DNA of 64,000 bases from Thermoprotei archaeon (lineage in GTDB: Archaea; Thermoproteota; Thermoprotei; Thermoproteales; B15-G16). The position numbers were made by a program, and so were the translations under genes. Where the stretch lies: contig QMRC01000002.1 of assembly GCA_003649205.1 (NCBI GenBank), positions 96,001-160,000 of the forward strand, given 5' to 3'. Within the stretch, counting starts at the first letter, position 1, and each line of letters starts with the position of its first letter. Positions 10,543-21,484 of this stretch are shown piece after piece. The notes beneath the pieces were generated by a model that saw only the letters and a list, made by a program, of their open reading frames with translations, was not told where the DNA came from and made no database searches.

Positions 10543-10924
10543 AGTGTACAACCTCTGCATAAGGTACCTCCACGAAGCTGAGAAACTCTTAGGCAAGGGA
10601 GACCCTGTTGAAGCTAGTGAGAAACTATACAAGGTAGTGGAAGAGTGCGTCAAGGCACTAGCCGAGGTACATGAACTTGAGGAGTACAGAAAATCTCTTG
10701 AAGTAGGTAAGTGGAATGTTGCTAGACTTGAATCTGCTTCACGTAAGTTAGCTGAGATCTACGGTGACGATGTGTACATCACCTGGAAAATTGCCTACGA
10801 GAAACTACACATTAGAGGCTTTCACGAGCGAGAACTAGCACCGAACGAAGTTAAAGAGGAAATACCTAGAGTAGGGATGTTACTTGCCATCATTAAGGAC
10901 CTCGTAAAGAAGTTAAGCAAGTAA
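10517..10924 (+). CDS. PaREP1 family protein
   Basis: GDPVEASEKLYKVVEE and KLHIRGFHE. Confidence 0.9.
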   Translation: MNTPRKLLEVYNLCIRYLHEAEKLLGKGDPVEASEKLYKVVEECVKALAEVHELEEYRKSLEVGKWNVARLESASRKLAEIYGDDVYITWKIAYEKLHIRGFHERELAPNEVKEEIPRVGMLLAIIKDLVKKLSK

Positions 10925-11518
10925 AGTACACTACACAGTACTTGACGAAGGTAAAGGAAACAACAGCTCTAACACCATTACCCAGACACAAGCAAATCTC
11001 ATAGACACATCAACAACCATTTAAAAACTATGAGAGACCTAACCCCCTCCACAGCCCCCACAAACCCCAGTAACTTACGAACTCACCAACAACCACAAAA
11101 GACACAACAACCCAACACATCTACCACAACTAGTAAGACTCTAACCTCCCTCCAACCCCCCAACTTTAATCACTAGCGCGAATAGGAGACTCAACACCAA
11201 TACTATGAATAGTACCATAAACCCTATCTCAAGACCCAAAACCCAAGATCTTCAACACTGCATAGATCCCCGAAACAACAACCCCAACAGCTAAGACATA
11301 AATAATCACCTGAAGCACCCTATCAACCAACGACAGATCCCCCCTAGACACATCAACCACACCACCAATTAAGTAATGCCCTAGCTCCACCCTTAAAACC
11401 CTCTTACACTACCTCAGAACCCCACCCTCGAAGCCCCCACCCTCAAAAACAACATCTACCCAGTCAACAGAACCAAGCGCACTAAAATTTATGTTACCGA
11501 GTACGTAATTCCAAGACA

Positions 11519-11878
11519 GTGAAGACAATGTGGGAGTACGTAATTGGCGGCGCTACCATCTTTGGATTAATCGTCACTCTAGGTGCTTGGTTAAACGGTA
11601 GAATGACTAGAAGAGTCATGATACAACACTTCAAGGAGGTTGAGCAGCATTTTGAGAGAATTGAGAGATACTTCGAAAGATCAGATAGAAGATTTGAAGA
11701 AATACTTAGAGAAATCAGGAGGATAAGTGAGGAGTCCAATAGAAGATTTGAGGAGATGAATAAGAGATTTGAAGAACTACTTAAGAAAATGGATGAAAGA
11801 TTCAATGAACTCATCAAACAACACAATGAGTTAATTAAGCAACATAACGAAATACTGAAAATACTGAGGACTAAATAG
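11519..11878 (+). CDS. Membrane-anchored coiled-coil protein (paREP15-like)
   Basis: N-terminal TM segment, then RRFEE/KRFEE/ERFNE heptads and a tandem NELIKQH repeat. Confidence 0.7.
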   Translation: MKTMWEYVIGGATIFGLIVTLGAWLNGRMTRRVMIQHFKEVEQHFERIERYFERSDRRFEEILREIRRISEESNRRFEEMNKRFEELLKKMDERFNELIKQHNELIKQHNEILKILRTK

Positions 11879-12040
11879 TGAAAACAAATCTAGGGTAACT
11901 ACGCTTACTGCTGATAGAGAATATCCTAAGATCCTTCACAGTCCTAGTCTCGAACCTTGGGTACTCGGTACACCCTTAAAGGTTAAGCCTAATAATATGG
12001 TTGACACAATTACATTAGGATAAAAGTCGCGCAAACGTTA

Positions 12041-12508
12041 TTGAGAAAACCTGATACAATATTCACTAGAGCACTAAATACCAGAGGTCTTACCCATGAC
12101 AGAAGGAATCTACCCGGCATTGTTACACTTGCTGATGGCAGTAAGCTCGTCCTACGTGTTGTAATCGTCGGTGTAAAGCATGTTGGTTTCTCACCATTTG
12201 GAGGAGTAAACTTCACAATCAAGACCGCAGGAGGCATAGCATCGCTCTACGTACCAGACGAACTAAAGAATAAAGTAAAGGACAAACCCCTCACCCCTCC
12301 TGATAAACCTCCAGAGGATGGATGGGAGCTAATAGATATCCAGAGTCAAGAACCAGCAATAGAAGAGGTAGAAGGCAAGAAGTACAGGATTAAGGTCTTA
12401 GCTGAAGCATCCATGGTTTCCCGCAACATGAATTACAAAACCGACGTAGGTGAACCACTCTACTGGGTCCACTGGAACGTTAAAACACAATGGAAGCCCT
12501 CGGGGTGA
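12041..12508 (+). CDS. Hypothetical protein
   Basis: 155-aa beta-rich ORF (LADGSKLVLRV), start uncertain. Confidence 0.55.
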   Translation: MRKPDTIFTRALNTRGLTHDRRNLPGIVTLADGSKLVLRVVIVGVKHVGFSPFGGVNFTIKTAGGIASLYVPDELKNKVKDKPLTPPDKPPEDGWELIDIQSQEPAIEEVEGKKYRIKVLAEASMVSRNMNYKTDVGEPLYWVHWNVKTQWKPSG

Positions 12509-12784
12509 AGCATATTGAGCCAGCTAACTAACACAGTAGACTCAACAATGAGCTACGGTCCAATACAAGAAGTACCTGTATCGTCACAAAATACAGCTAG
12601 CAAACTCAAGATCTTATCAAAAAAGCTTCGCGCAATAAAAACTCATAGATGCTGCTGAAAGCTGAGAGATAATATCACAGAAAGGAACTAGAAAAGGCTG
12701 AAGAGGTTAAGGTTCAAGCTACTAACTTGTCTACTCAGCCCTGATATAATGCTGATGTATTGGAGATGATTTTTTCTAAAGTGA

Positions 12785-13027
12785 TCATTTGTTAATCTTG
12801 TTAACTTTTACCAAAAAGCTTTGTATCTCCTTAGCTATTTCACTAACTATGGGTCTTATAATTAGTTCACTTGCTCTCCAAATCTCAATACCAATAACCT
12901 CACCTCTCTCGTTGAATTCCACGTACACGTCTTCACACACCTCAACAGTATCATGAGCATGGTCTTCCTTGAAAATTAAATACAGTATGTCATGTCTATT
13001 ATCGTACATAACCCTCACAACAATCAC
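12785..13027 (-). CDS. DUF2283 domain protein
   Basis: YDNRHDILYL..DVYVEFNERGEVIGIEIWRAS. Confidence 0.85.
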   Translation of the reverse strand: MIVVRVMYDNRHDILYLIFKEDHAHDTVEVCEDVYVEFNERGEVIGIEIWRASELIIRPIVSEIAKEIQSFLVKVNKINK

Positions 13028-13397
13028 CCTCTAGAGACTTCGCAAAAGTAGATTTACACTGAGCATATAATGCGTCCAAAGACCTCTTAACAAGACTCAG
13101 AGCCTTTTCCTGTAAATGCGGCAAATTAGAATCATTTTTCGCAATTTCGATAAGTGCCTTTAACGCATATAAATTACCTTCCTCAGCCATTTTACCTAAG
13201 GCATCTAATGCAGCCTCCTGAACACTCGACAACTGAAAGGGATCATTGATAATTTTCTTAAGATCCTCTACAACACCAATTTCATTGAGAATTTTGTTGA
13301 GAACTTCATTGTAAGAATTACACGCATAAATACGCTTCAACTGCTCCAACCTTTCAACCGTCTTCTTCTCGACTCTAATATATGTATACCTACTCAT
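12999..13397 (-). CDS. Antitoxin-like RHH N-terminus plus HEAT-like helical C-terminus
   Basis: YTYIRVEKKTVERLEQLK..SYNEVLNKIL, then VQEAALDALGK and LQEKALSLV repeats. Confidence 0.55.
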   Translation of the reverse strand: MSRYTYIRVEKKTVERLEQLKRIYACNSYNEVLNKILNEIGVVEDLKKIINDPFQLSSVQEAALDALGKMAEEGNLYALKALIEIAKNDSNLPHLQEKALSLVKRSLDALYAQCKSTFAKSLEGDCCEGYVR

Positions 13398-13476
13398 ACC
13401 TGACCTCTAAGATAACCACGTGACCCCCACTTAAAAACTTTTTGTACTTACCATTATCATAGCATTAACCTTATAT

Positions 13477-13788
13477 TTGGTATTTACAAAACATACCATA
13501 ATGCACCTTAGACTCACACATCATGCCAACGAAAAGTTGAGAATCAGAGGAATTGATGTAAAAGAGATCGAGCAAATCATGAGAAAACCATCAAGAATGC
13601 TCTATGACCTACTAACCAAAAGGTACATAGCAATCGGACCTAGACCAACAAAACCAAGCCAATATCTGGTAGTAGTGTACGAAAAGATAGACAATGATGT
13701 GGAAGTGATAACAGCGTACACTACAACAAAAGTAGACAAAGTAATTAAATCAAAGGTAGAGAAGGGAAGATGGTTCGAAATCAAGTAG
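13477..13788 (+). CDS. DUF4258 domain protein (BrnT/RelE-like toxin)
   Basis: LTHHANEKLRIRGI..YLVVVYE..VEVITAY. Confidence 0.8.
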   Translation: MVFTKHTIMHLRLTHHANEKLRIRGIDVKEIEQIMRKPSRMLYDLLTKRYIAIGPRPTKPSQYLVVVYEKIDNDVEVITAYTTTKVDKVIKSKVEKGRWFEIK

Positions 13789-14268
13789 AGAACATAAGAA
13801 GAAACTACAGCTACAAACTAGCTACAGCACCCAGACTATACCCAACATATGAACAGTGAACAAAACCAAGCCACATGACGAGACCAGACCCACAACATCA
13901 CCACTCAATCAGAGTATGCTTGCCAACACACAATTCTCGCACCAGCACCAATCAAACTATCAACAATCCCACCAGGAACACACTCAATAAAAACACCATA
14001 CCACAACAACACCATCCTCAACTTCAACACCATCCGGCAATCACCACCAACACCAGTATACGGACCAACGTACGTACCAGGTTCAATAACTGTACTAGAA
14101 TAGTGAAAATGAAAAAGAGACTCAACACGTCACCAGACTCTGAAACCTAACACTGGTAAAGATGAAGTTATAGTTGAAACCAGGATGTACTTCGATTGCA
14201 CCTCGATAATGTCTTAGTATCTAAAGAGTAAAAGAGCTAGAGTTATTGTGATGTCAACCTTCTCGCCA

Positions 14269-15405
14269 TTACTTAGAATGTTTGGCAAGTAATTCCCTCT
14301 TCACAACATCAAGTCTTCCATCATTTTCAATAAATACCTTAACTGCTTCAGCAAACAGTGGTGTAGTCCAAGCAAAGTACTGACCAATACCGGGCATATC
14401 CTTAGGAGGAGTCACACCTAGAAAGTCCTGCACCAAAAACGGAACAACTAAACTATCCTCAATCAAGACCTGTCGAATCAACGATATAGAGGGATCCATC
14501 CCCTGCAGTATGTCGGGATCCTCAACCACCTGAATTAATCGTCTAAGCAAATCACCCTCATCAATTCCACGTTCACTACACAACACACTAAGTTTCTGAA
14601 TAACACTAGTAACAAGACCCAAAACATCATCAAGATACTGACTAAATGACCCACGATACTCATATACCCACTTGATGATTTCACGTGGATTACCACCAGT
14701 CACCAAGTACACAGATTCTGGATCGAGATCACTACCTAACTCCCCCAACAAATCACGTACACCATCAAGACCTAAATTCCAAACAACACTCACCCTAACC
14801 TTACGCGTCTTCAACAACTCACCAACCACAGAACCATAGCTAGTCGAAACAATACTACAAACCCTATACCCCTGTCCAAGCAAATCATTAATGAAGTTAT
14901 AGAGGTGCTCCACAACCCTCTTTGCCTCCTCACCACGCACTTCATCAACAACAACCAACACATACTCGTAACCATACTTCTGCAATAGGGAAGAAATCTT
15001 ATCCAACAACTTAGAAAGTACAGAGAGTAAGGGCGAACCCCCTGCCGCTATGCTGCACACCATATCGAATAAGTCACGTAAGTCCTCACGCATCGAAAGT
15101 GCGCTACGCAATCTACTCAGAGATTCCGGCTCTTCACAGAGGATGCTGGATAACACGTGAGATTGTTTTGAAACACCATACGTGAATGCATTGAGCAGAA
15201 AACTCTTACCACAACCTCTAGGTCCATAAAGTACCTGGACAAAAGCGCTAGAACCTGTAAGAAGATCAACAAGCCTACATATCTCATCTCTACGATCAAC
15301 AAGCCTACAAACCTGTCTATACTCCCTAGCTCTCTCAAGTACATCCCAAAACCTCAGACTACGCGTAAACCAAAGGTAGAGACAAGCCGAAATAATATCG
15401 CCCAA
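14269..15405 (-). CDS. Archaeal P-loop ATPase, divergent paralog
   Basis: LVDRRDE, YGPRGCGKS, VVVDE, TGGNPRE, GIGQYFAWTTP. Confidence 0.85.
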   Translation of the reverse strand: MGDIISACLYLWFTRSLRFWDVLERAREYRQVCRLVDRRDEICRLVDLLTGSSAFVQVLYGPRGCGKSFLLNAFTYGVSKQSHVLSSILCEEPESLSRLRSALSMREDLRDLFDMVCSIAAGGSPLLSVLSKLLDKISSLLQKYGYEYVLVVVDEVRGEEAKRVVEHLYNFINDLLGQGYRVCSIVSTSYGSVVGELLKTRKVRVSVVWNLGLDGVRDLLGELGSDLDPESVYLVTGGNPREIIKWVYEYRGSFSQYLDDVLGLVTSVIQKLSVLCSERGIDEGDLLRRLIQVVEDPDILQGMDPSISLIRQVLIEDSLVVPFLVQDFLGVTPPKDMPGIGQYFAWTTPLFAEAVKVFIENDGRLDVVKRELLAKHSK

Positions 15406-15491
15406 TATCCCACCTACAACTCATAAACCACACAAAAGTTAATAATTCAATTAACAAAATCACCTCTGTATTTCCACATAACCCATCAACA

Positions 15492-17168
15492 TCAATCACT
15501 TACCTTGACTATATCATTAAATCGCTCCGCCAAATACTTAGCTAACTCCTGAAGATCCTCACTAGATAATGCCCTACAAACCTCCCAAGGCACGTAAATC
15601 CTATATGAACACAGACTACGAGGAACAGTCGCCACAACTTCAATAGCTTCACCTCCAGCTCTTACCAACACACTTGATCTACATACAATTTCACATCCAC
15701 CTCCAATTTCGAATACCGGCAGGGAAATGAACACCAAAGGAAGACCACACACATCAACAAAGTCCAAACACCGATACCTAAGAGACCTCACAAACAAATC
15801 CTGTAAATCCAAGAACTGAGAACATAAACCACGACGCTCTAAGAAATCAAACATAGCATTAGTAAGCTCAACCTCAACCTCCAACTTACGACGAAGATCA
15901 AGACGAATATTAGTCCTCAAGCTAGCAATACAACACGGCAGTCTCTGCACCTTGAGATCCTCAAGCAGGTACTCAGTGTACCTAAGCAACAACCCCTCCC
16001 GCTCCCTAACCTCCACACGCCTCTCACGCAGAAAATCCGCAATACGCACTAACAAAGCCTCATCCGTAGTAGCTACAAGACGAAGAACCTTAGTACCAAC
16101 ATCTAAATCCCTCTCAGCAGATGAACTCAAGTACGCACAGGTTATGTGCAAGAGAAGTTCACGCACAGCCCTACTCTCATCAGACTCATAGATCTCAGCA
16201 TACTGGTGAAGCCTCCTAACAAAAAGCTCCTGAATCAAAGGGACATAACTATCAGGAACCACAACTACAAGTCTCTTCCGACCCCCTACCTCCACGAGAC
16301 TAGGTCTCAAAGCCCTAGCCATTCGCGACCAATTAACAACAACCTCACCCCACACATGGAGAGAATCCCTATTGAGGTAATCCAAGCGATCAAGATCCAG
16401 CACACAATCGTCCATAACGAATCTGATAAGAGGATCAACAAAGTCCTCATAGAAAAGCTCTAGATACCTACTCAGATCAGAACCCTTCAAGACACCATCA
16501 AATGACTTAACAAATACAGTACCCCTACTCGATGAAGGGTAAGCCAAAGCAGCCTTTAAAACAGCCTCACCAACAAGAGAAACTCCACTCCTCCTCAATA
16601 AATCAAGAACAACCCTACGCAACTCAGCCAAATCCACACTAAATAGAGGATTACTAGGCTCCTGAGCAAGATTAAACGCCACATGCAGCATAAACTTATC
16701 AACACGCTCAATAGAGCACAAACCCAAGAAACTAGTCACCCTCCCAAGCAAATGCCTCAAAACATCCTCCAACACATGACTCCAACTCGAATGATATAGA
16801 TCATGAAGAAGAGCCGCAGCAACAAGACCAGAAGTAATATCCTCCACCAAGCTCTTAACATCCCGACCCAACACCTCCTCAAAAAACCTCCTGAGCATAC
16901 CAACCGAACCCAAATACCTACAAACTAAGTCACATAGCAGGCACTTCCACTCCCCCAAAAACAAATACGTAAGAACAGCAACCCCAACACAGTGCTCAAA
17001 CCGAGTATGAGTAGCACCAGGATACCTAAGCCACGGTAAGATAGATAACTGTCTAACAAACACCAACCTCTGAAATTGAGGCAAGGTCATAAGCTCATAT
17101 AGAAAACGCGGAACCCTCACATACCCATACAACGAATCATAAACAACAACATCATCGCCAGAAACCAA
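15492..17168 (-). CDS. HD-domain phosphohydrolase (SAMHD1/COG1078-like) with extended C-terminus
   Basis: FQRLVFVRQL, YPGATHTRFEH, LLHDLYH..SH, LDLDRLDYLNRDS. Start placed at TTG 17168. Confidence 0.85.
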   Translation of the reverse strand: MVSGDDVVVYDSLYGYVRVPRFLYELMTLPQFQRLVFVRQLSILPWLRYPGATHTRFEHCVGVAVLTYLFLGEWKCLLCDLVCRYLGSVGMLRRFFEEVLGRDVKSLVEDITSGLVAAALLHDLYHSSWSHVLEDVLRHLLGRVTSFLGLCSIERVDKFMLHVAFNLAQEPSNPLFSVDLAELRRVVLDLLRRSGVSLVGEAVLKAALAYPSSSRGTVFVKSFDGVLKGSDLSRYLELFYEDFVDPLIRFVMDDCVLDLDRLDYLNRDSLHVWGEVVVNWSRMARALRPSLVEVGGRKRLVVVVPDSYVPLIQELFVRRLHQYAEIYESDESRAVRELLLHITCAYLSSSAERDLDVGTKVLRLVATTDEALLVRIADFLRERRVEVREREGLLLRYTEYLLEDLKVQRLPCCIASLRTNIRLDLRRKLEVEVELTNAMFDFLERRGLCSQFLDLQDLFVRSLRYRCLDFVDVCGLPLVFISLPVFEIGGGCEIVCRSSVLVRAGGEAIEVVATVPRSLCSYRIYVPWEVCRALSSEDLQELAKYLAERFNDIVKVSD

Positions 17169-17735
17169 CCACAACCACCCAACCAGAAAAGACAAAACAA
17201 ATACATAAACCCTACAGCAACAGCAACACGAACCAAGTATAACACCCCATAAACACAATCCTCAACTACAGCCCCATTCTCAACATGATCGCACAATCAC
17301 CTTACAACACTACAATTCAGCATCAGTCCACCAATCTCGAGGATATCTCCAGAAGCAACAATACCTCGCCATCATCCTTCACGAAAAATAAAGAGCAAGA
17401 ACAGCACCACCAGAACAAACAACAAGAAATACATCACCTAAGATGCGTATCAACCCAAGACCAAACACCAAACCCATAAAGTACCTAGACCAGCAGAGAA
17501 ACTAAAGACCCAATAAGAATCCGCAAAACAACACAAGAACTAGAAGAGAAAACCAATACTAAACACCACAAGAAAACACAGTACCCAAACTCTAGAGACG
17601 AAGGCAAAGGAGCAAACAACAAGCATGAAGAAACAAGAACCTTGCAAATCAAAGTCAAGAAATAGAGACCTTAACGAAACACCTAGAAAACAGACAACAA
17701 AGCAACAACACAGGAAAAACAACGAGGACAAGTAC

Positions 17736-19064
17736 ATGACCACCCAACCAACAATATCAATAATCATACCAGTAGGAAAAGAAGGAGAAGACCTCTACAA
17801 CCGCATACTAAAATTCAAGAGAGAAATGGACCAAACAGCAAAACAACACAACATAACCTACGAACTCATACTAGTAACAGACCTACACCACAAACCAACA
17901 CTAAAAGCAATGACAAAACTAGCGAGACAAAACATAGCAAAAGAAAAATCAATAGAAACGCAGTACCCCACACAGGAAAACTACAGAACACTCCTAGACA
18001 CAAACACACCCATAACACCACAAACCACCACCAAAGCAACACCCTCTAGCAACCTGAACACACAGAAACCAAAGCTCAGTATCATCATACCGACGTACAA
18101 CGAACGAGATAACATACCAGAACTCATCAAGAGACTTGAGAAAACACTCAAAGACATTAACTATGAAATCATCTTCGTAGATGACAACTCACCAGATGGT
18201 ACAGCAGAAGTCATCAGAAAGTACATGACTAAAAACCCTAAGATCAAACTCATCGTTAGACACAAGAAAATGGGACTCACAACAGCCATGATAGATGGGT
18301 TTCTAACTTCAAGAGGAGAACTCGTAGCCTTCATGGATGCAGACCTCCAACACCCACCAGAACTCCTCCCTACACTCTACAGGCTCGTAGCCGAAAAAGG
18401 CTACGACATAGCCATAGCATCCAGATACGTCAAAGGAGCTAAAATACAAGGCTGGCCACTATGGAGAAGAATAGTAAGTAAAGGAGCAATCCTCCTCGCA
18501 CACCTCCTCATACCACAAACCAGAAAAGTCAAAGACCCTCTCTCAGGATACTTCCTAGCAAAGAGAACAGTACTAGAACCAATTATAGAGACAATACAAA
18601 AAAGACATCGAGTACAAAAATCAGTCTTCGGCAAAATCCTCCTCGAAACCCTTGCACAAATCCATGCACTGAAAGTAATCGAGAAGCCATACACCTTCAC
18701 AAATAGACGTTGTGGACAAAGCAAAATGCCACTAAGCATATACCCAAAGTACATCTGGTACCTCCTCACACTCAGCAACTACTTCACTCTCAAATACATT
18801 GCCATAGCCACCATAGCAGCACTCCTCGCCAAATACACAACACCAACCCTAGGCATAACATCACTAGCACTCAGCATACTTATTCGATGGCTCACACTCC
18901 ACAAAGAACTACCACTAAAAACACTACTCATAGCAGAAACAACATCAACAACCATCAAGAAACTAATCACCTACACCCTCCACACAACACTAGCACCACT
19001 CACCACCATAAGCTGGATCATAGCCACAGCCACAGAACTCTTCCTAATACATAGGTTAAGGTAA
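17736..19064 (+). CDS. GT2 polyprenol-phosphate mannose synthase-like glycosyltransferase with a truncated GT2 fragment fused at the N-terminus
   Basis: SIIIPTYNE, VDDNSPDGT, MDADLQHPPE, DPLSGYF. An additional ISIIIPV..YELILVTD segment precedes a low-complexity linker. Confidence 0.85.
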   Translation: MTTQPTISIIIPVGKEGEDLYNRILKFKREMDQTAKQHNITYELILVTDLHHKPTLKAMTKLARQNIAKEKSIETQYPTQENYRTLLDTNTPITPQTTTKATPSSNLNTQKPKLSIIIPTYNERDNIPELIKRLEKTLKDINYEIIFVDDNSPDGTAEVIRKYMTKNPKIKLIVRHKKMGLTTAMIDGFLTSRGELVAFMDADLQHPPELLPTLYRLVAEKGYDIAIASRYVKGAKIQGWPLWRRIVSKGAILLAHLLIPQTRKVKDPLSGYFLAKRTVLEPIIETIQKRHRVQKSVFGKILLETLAQIHALKVIEKPYTFTNRRCGQSKMPLSIYPKYIWYLLTLSNYFTLKYIAIATIAALLAKYTTPTLGITSLALSILIRWLTLHKELPLKTLLIAETTSTTIKKLITYTLHTTLAPLTTISWIIATATELFLIHRLR

Positions 19065-19271
19065 TACCAATCATAGCACTTAACACGGTAGCCCTAGCAA
19101 CAATACGCTTCGAACACCGCAATGACATAGCCGAGAGACAAGGTGAATAACTAGGGGAAACATCAATACGTAATACTGCAAAGAAACATGACATCTAGAG
19201 CAAAAGCAAATGACAGAAAACTTAATGAATGGAGCACCCTTTATTACTAGCTAGCACGTAAGGTTTCCAGT

Positions 19272-20387
19272 ATGAGGATACTATGGTTTCAATGGCGAGA
19301 CATAAAACATCCATGGAGTGGAGGAGCAGAGATATACATGCACGAAATCTGTAGACGACTCATCAAGTACGGGCATAAGATCCATGCAGTAACTTGCTGG
19401 CACCCTCAACTAAAGCACTTTGAAAAAATAGAAGGCTACACAGTAGAGAGAGTAGGAAACGACCTAACGTACCCACTGTACATACCCTACATAATTACCA
19501 AGTACATCAAGTACATCGATGTGATAGTAGAAGACACAAGCAAAATCCCCCTCTTCACCCCCCTCCTACGCATGAAAACTTCACCTCCTGTAGTAGCCAT
19601 AGTCCACCACCTAAACCGCGACATCTACTTCCAAGAACTCCCCCTACATAAAGCAACAATAGCATACATCCTCGAGACATTAATGCCTAAGCTCTACACA
19701 ACACTTCCAAACACAATACTCATAGCAGTATCAGAAAGCACAAAACAAGAACTTATCAAGCTAGGCGCAGATCCAAAGAGAATCTACATAGTACCCAACG
19801 CAGTAGACATATCAACATGTACACAAGCACCACCAGAAAACAAGAACTGCAACCCAACCATACTCTACCTATCAAGATTGAAGGCATATAAACAACCACA
19901 CCACGTGATCAAGGCATTTAGAAAGCTAATCAAATCAATACCTAATGCAAAACTAGTAATAGCAGGCAAAGGCACATCACATCTACGCAAACTAATAGCT
20001 AAAACACATCTAGAACACATAATAGAAGTGAAAGGAGAAATCGACAACAAAAGCAAAATAGACCTCCTACAAAAAGCCTGGGTCTTAGTTCAAACCTCAA
20101 GAAAAGAAGGCTTTGGAATTACAGTACTCGAAGCAGCTGCATGCAAAACACCAACAATAGCATACAACGTACCAGGCCTCCGCGACTCAATAAAACACAT
20201 GGAAACCGGAATCCTAGTACCACTAAACGACATAGAATCACTAACACAAGCAATAACAACACTACTACTAACCCCCAACCTCAGAAGAAAACTAGCAGAA
20301 AACGCCTATAGATACGCACTAAAACACAACTGGGAGAAAACAGCAAGAAAATTCGAGAAAATAATCGAGGAACTAAACCATGAATAA
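19272..20387 (+). CDS. GT4 family glycosyltransferase
   Basis: WRDIKHPWSGGAE, EGFGITVLEAAAC, GLRDSIKHMETG. Confidence 0.92.
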   Translation: MRILWFQWRDIKHPWSGGAEIYMHEICRRLIKYGHKIHAVTCWHPQLKHFEKIEGYTVERVGNDLTYPLYIPYIITKYIKYIDVIVEDTSKIPLFTPLLRMKTSPPVVAIVHHLNRDIYFQELPLHKATIAYILETLMPKLYTTLPNTILIAVSESTKQELIKLGADPKRIYIVPNAVDISTCTQAPPENKNCNPTILYLSRLKAYKQPHHVIKAFRKLIKSIPNAKLVIAGKGTSHLRKLIAKTHLEHIIEVKGEIDNKSKIDLLQKAWVLVQTSRKEGFGITVLEAAACKTPTIAYNVPGLRDSIKHMETGILVPLNDIESLTQAITTLLLTPNLRRKLAENAYRYALKHNWEKTARKFEKIIEELNHE

Positions 20388-21309
20388 ACCCCTAGTAAGC
20401 ATCGTAATACCAACCCGAAACTCAGCCAACACACTCCCCCTATGCCTAAAGTCAATAATGAAACAAACATACAAAAACATAGAAATAATAGTAATTGACA
20501 ACTTCAGCAACGACAAAACTAGAGAAATAGCTAAACAATTCGGAGCAAGAGTCTACCTACTCCCCTGCGAACGCACCAAAGCAAAGAACATAGGTACACT
20601 ACTAGCAAAAGGAAAGTACATACTATACCTAGATTCCGACATGATACTCTCAAGAAACGTCATAGAAAAGTGCGTCAATACCATGGAAAACCAACCACAC
20701 ATAGGAGGAATAATAATACCCGAGATATCATTCGGAAAAAGCCTCCTAGCACACCTACGACTATACGAACGCATCTGCTACTTCCACACCGAAATGGAAT
20801 CAGCTAGATTCTACAGAAGAGACCTCGTACTCCAAGCACACGGATTCGACGAAGATCTACTACTCTACGAAGAAGCCTCCCTACACGAAAAAGTACAAAA
20901 AATGGGCTACAAAATAAGCAGAGTACCAACACCAATAATCCACCTAGAAAACACGCACCTCTGGCCCTTCCTCAAGAAAAGACTAAGATACGCAGTAACA
21001 CTACATAGATTCATCAAAAGATACCACAACAGAAAAGCCGTAGCAGACCCAACATATAGAATGAAACTAATAATTAGAATACTGAAAAAACTCTCCACAC
21101 CCATCCCAATAATATTACTAATACTACTACTCAAATCAATAGAACAAGCCGCATACTACATATCAATACTAACCAGCATAACTAATATAAAAAGCCAAGA
21201 TAGCACATACGAGATCCAAACAATAATACAGGATAAAACACGAAAAAAGCAATACCTACACGACACACAAAAGAGAGTACCGTGCCGAGAAAGATTCCAC
21301 TCTAACTAA
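20380..21309 (+). CDS. GT2 family glycosyltransferase
   Basis: VSIVIPTRN, IDNFSNDKT, YLDSD, GFDEDL. Confidence 0.9.
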   Translation: MNKPLVSIVIPTRNSANTLPLCLKSIMKQTYKNIEIIVIDNFSNDKTREIAKQFGARVYLLPCERTKAKNIGTLLAKGKYILYLDSDMILSRNVIEKCVNTMENQPHIGGIIIPEISFGKSLLAHLRLYERICYFHTEMESARFYRRDLVLQAHGFDEDLLLYEEASLHEKVQKMGYKISRVPTPIIHLENTHLWPFLKKRLRYAVTLHRFIKRYHNRKAVADPTYRMKLIIRILKKLSTPIPIILLILLLKSIEQAAYYISILTSITNIKSQDSTYEIQTIIQDKTRKKQYLHDTQKRVPCRERFHSN

Positions 21310-21484
21310 AGCTTCAATAAAGCATCACATCAAAAATAATGCACACCTACCCAAGAACCTAGAACATTAGTAAGCAAGAAAGCTTATAAACTAATTATAA
21401 ACTAAAAGTAAGTCAAAAGCGTAGAAACATAACACCAGTGATAGGTCACATGAAGCAGCAATCAACCGATATTTAGTACGTGCG

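Noticed and set aside
10930-11480. Possible CRISPR array or tandem repeat in the low-complexity A/C-rich stretch
   Set aside because: No recurring 24-40 nt unit with regular spacing was seen here or elsewhere in the window. It is skewed, decayed sequence.
13875-14150. H/T/N/Q-rich ORFs (also 1408, 3467, 17285, 18710, 28840)
   Set aside because: Artefacts of the T-poor strand having few stop codons; no motifs.
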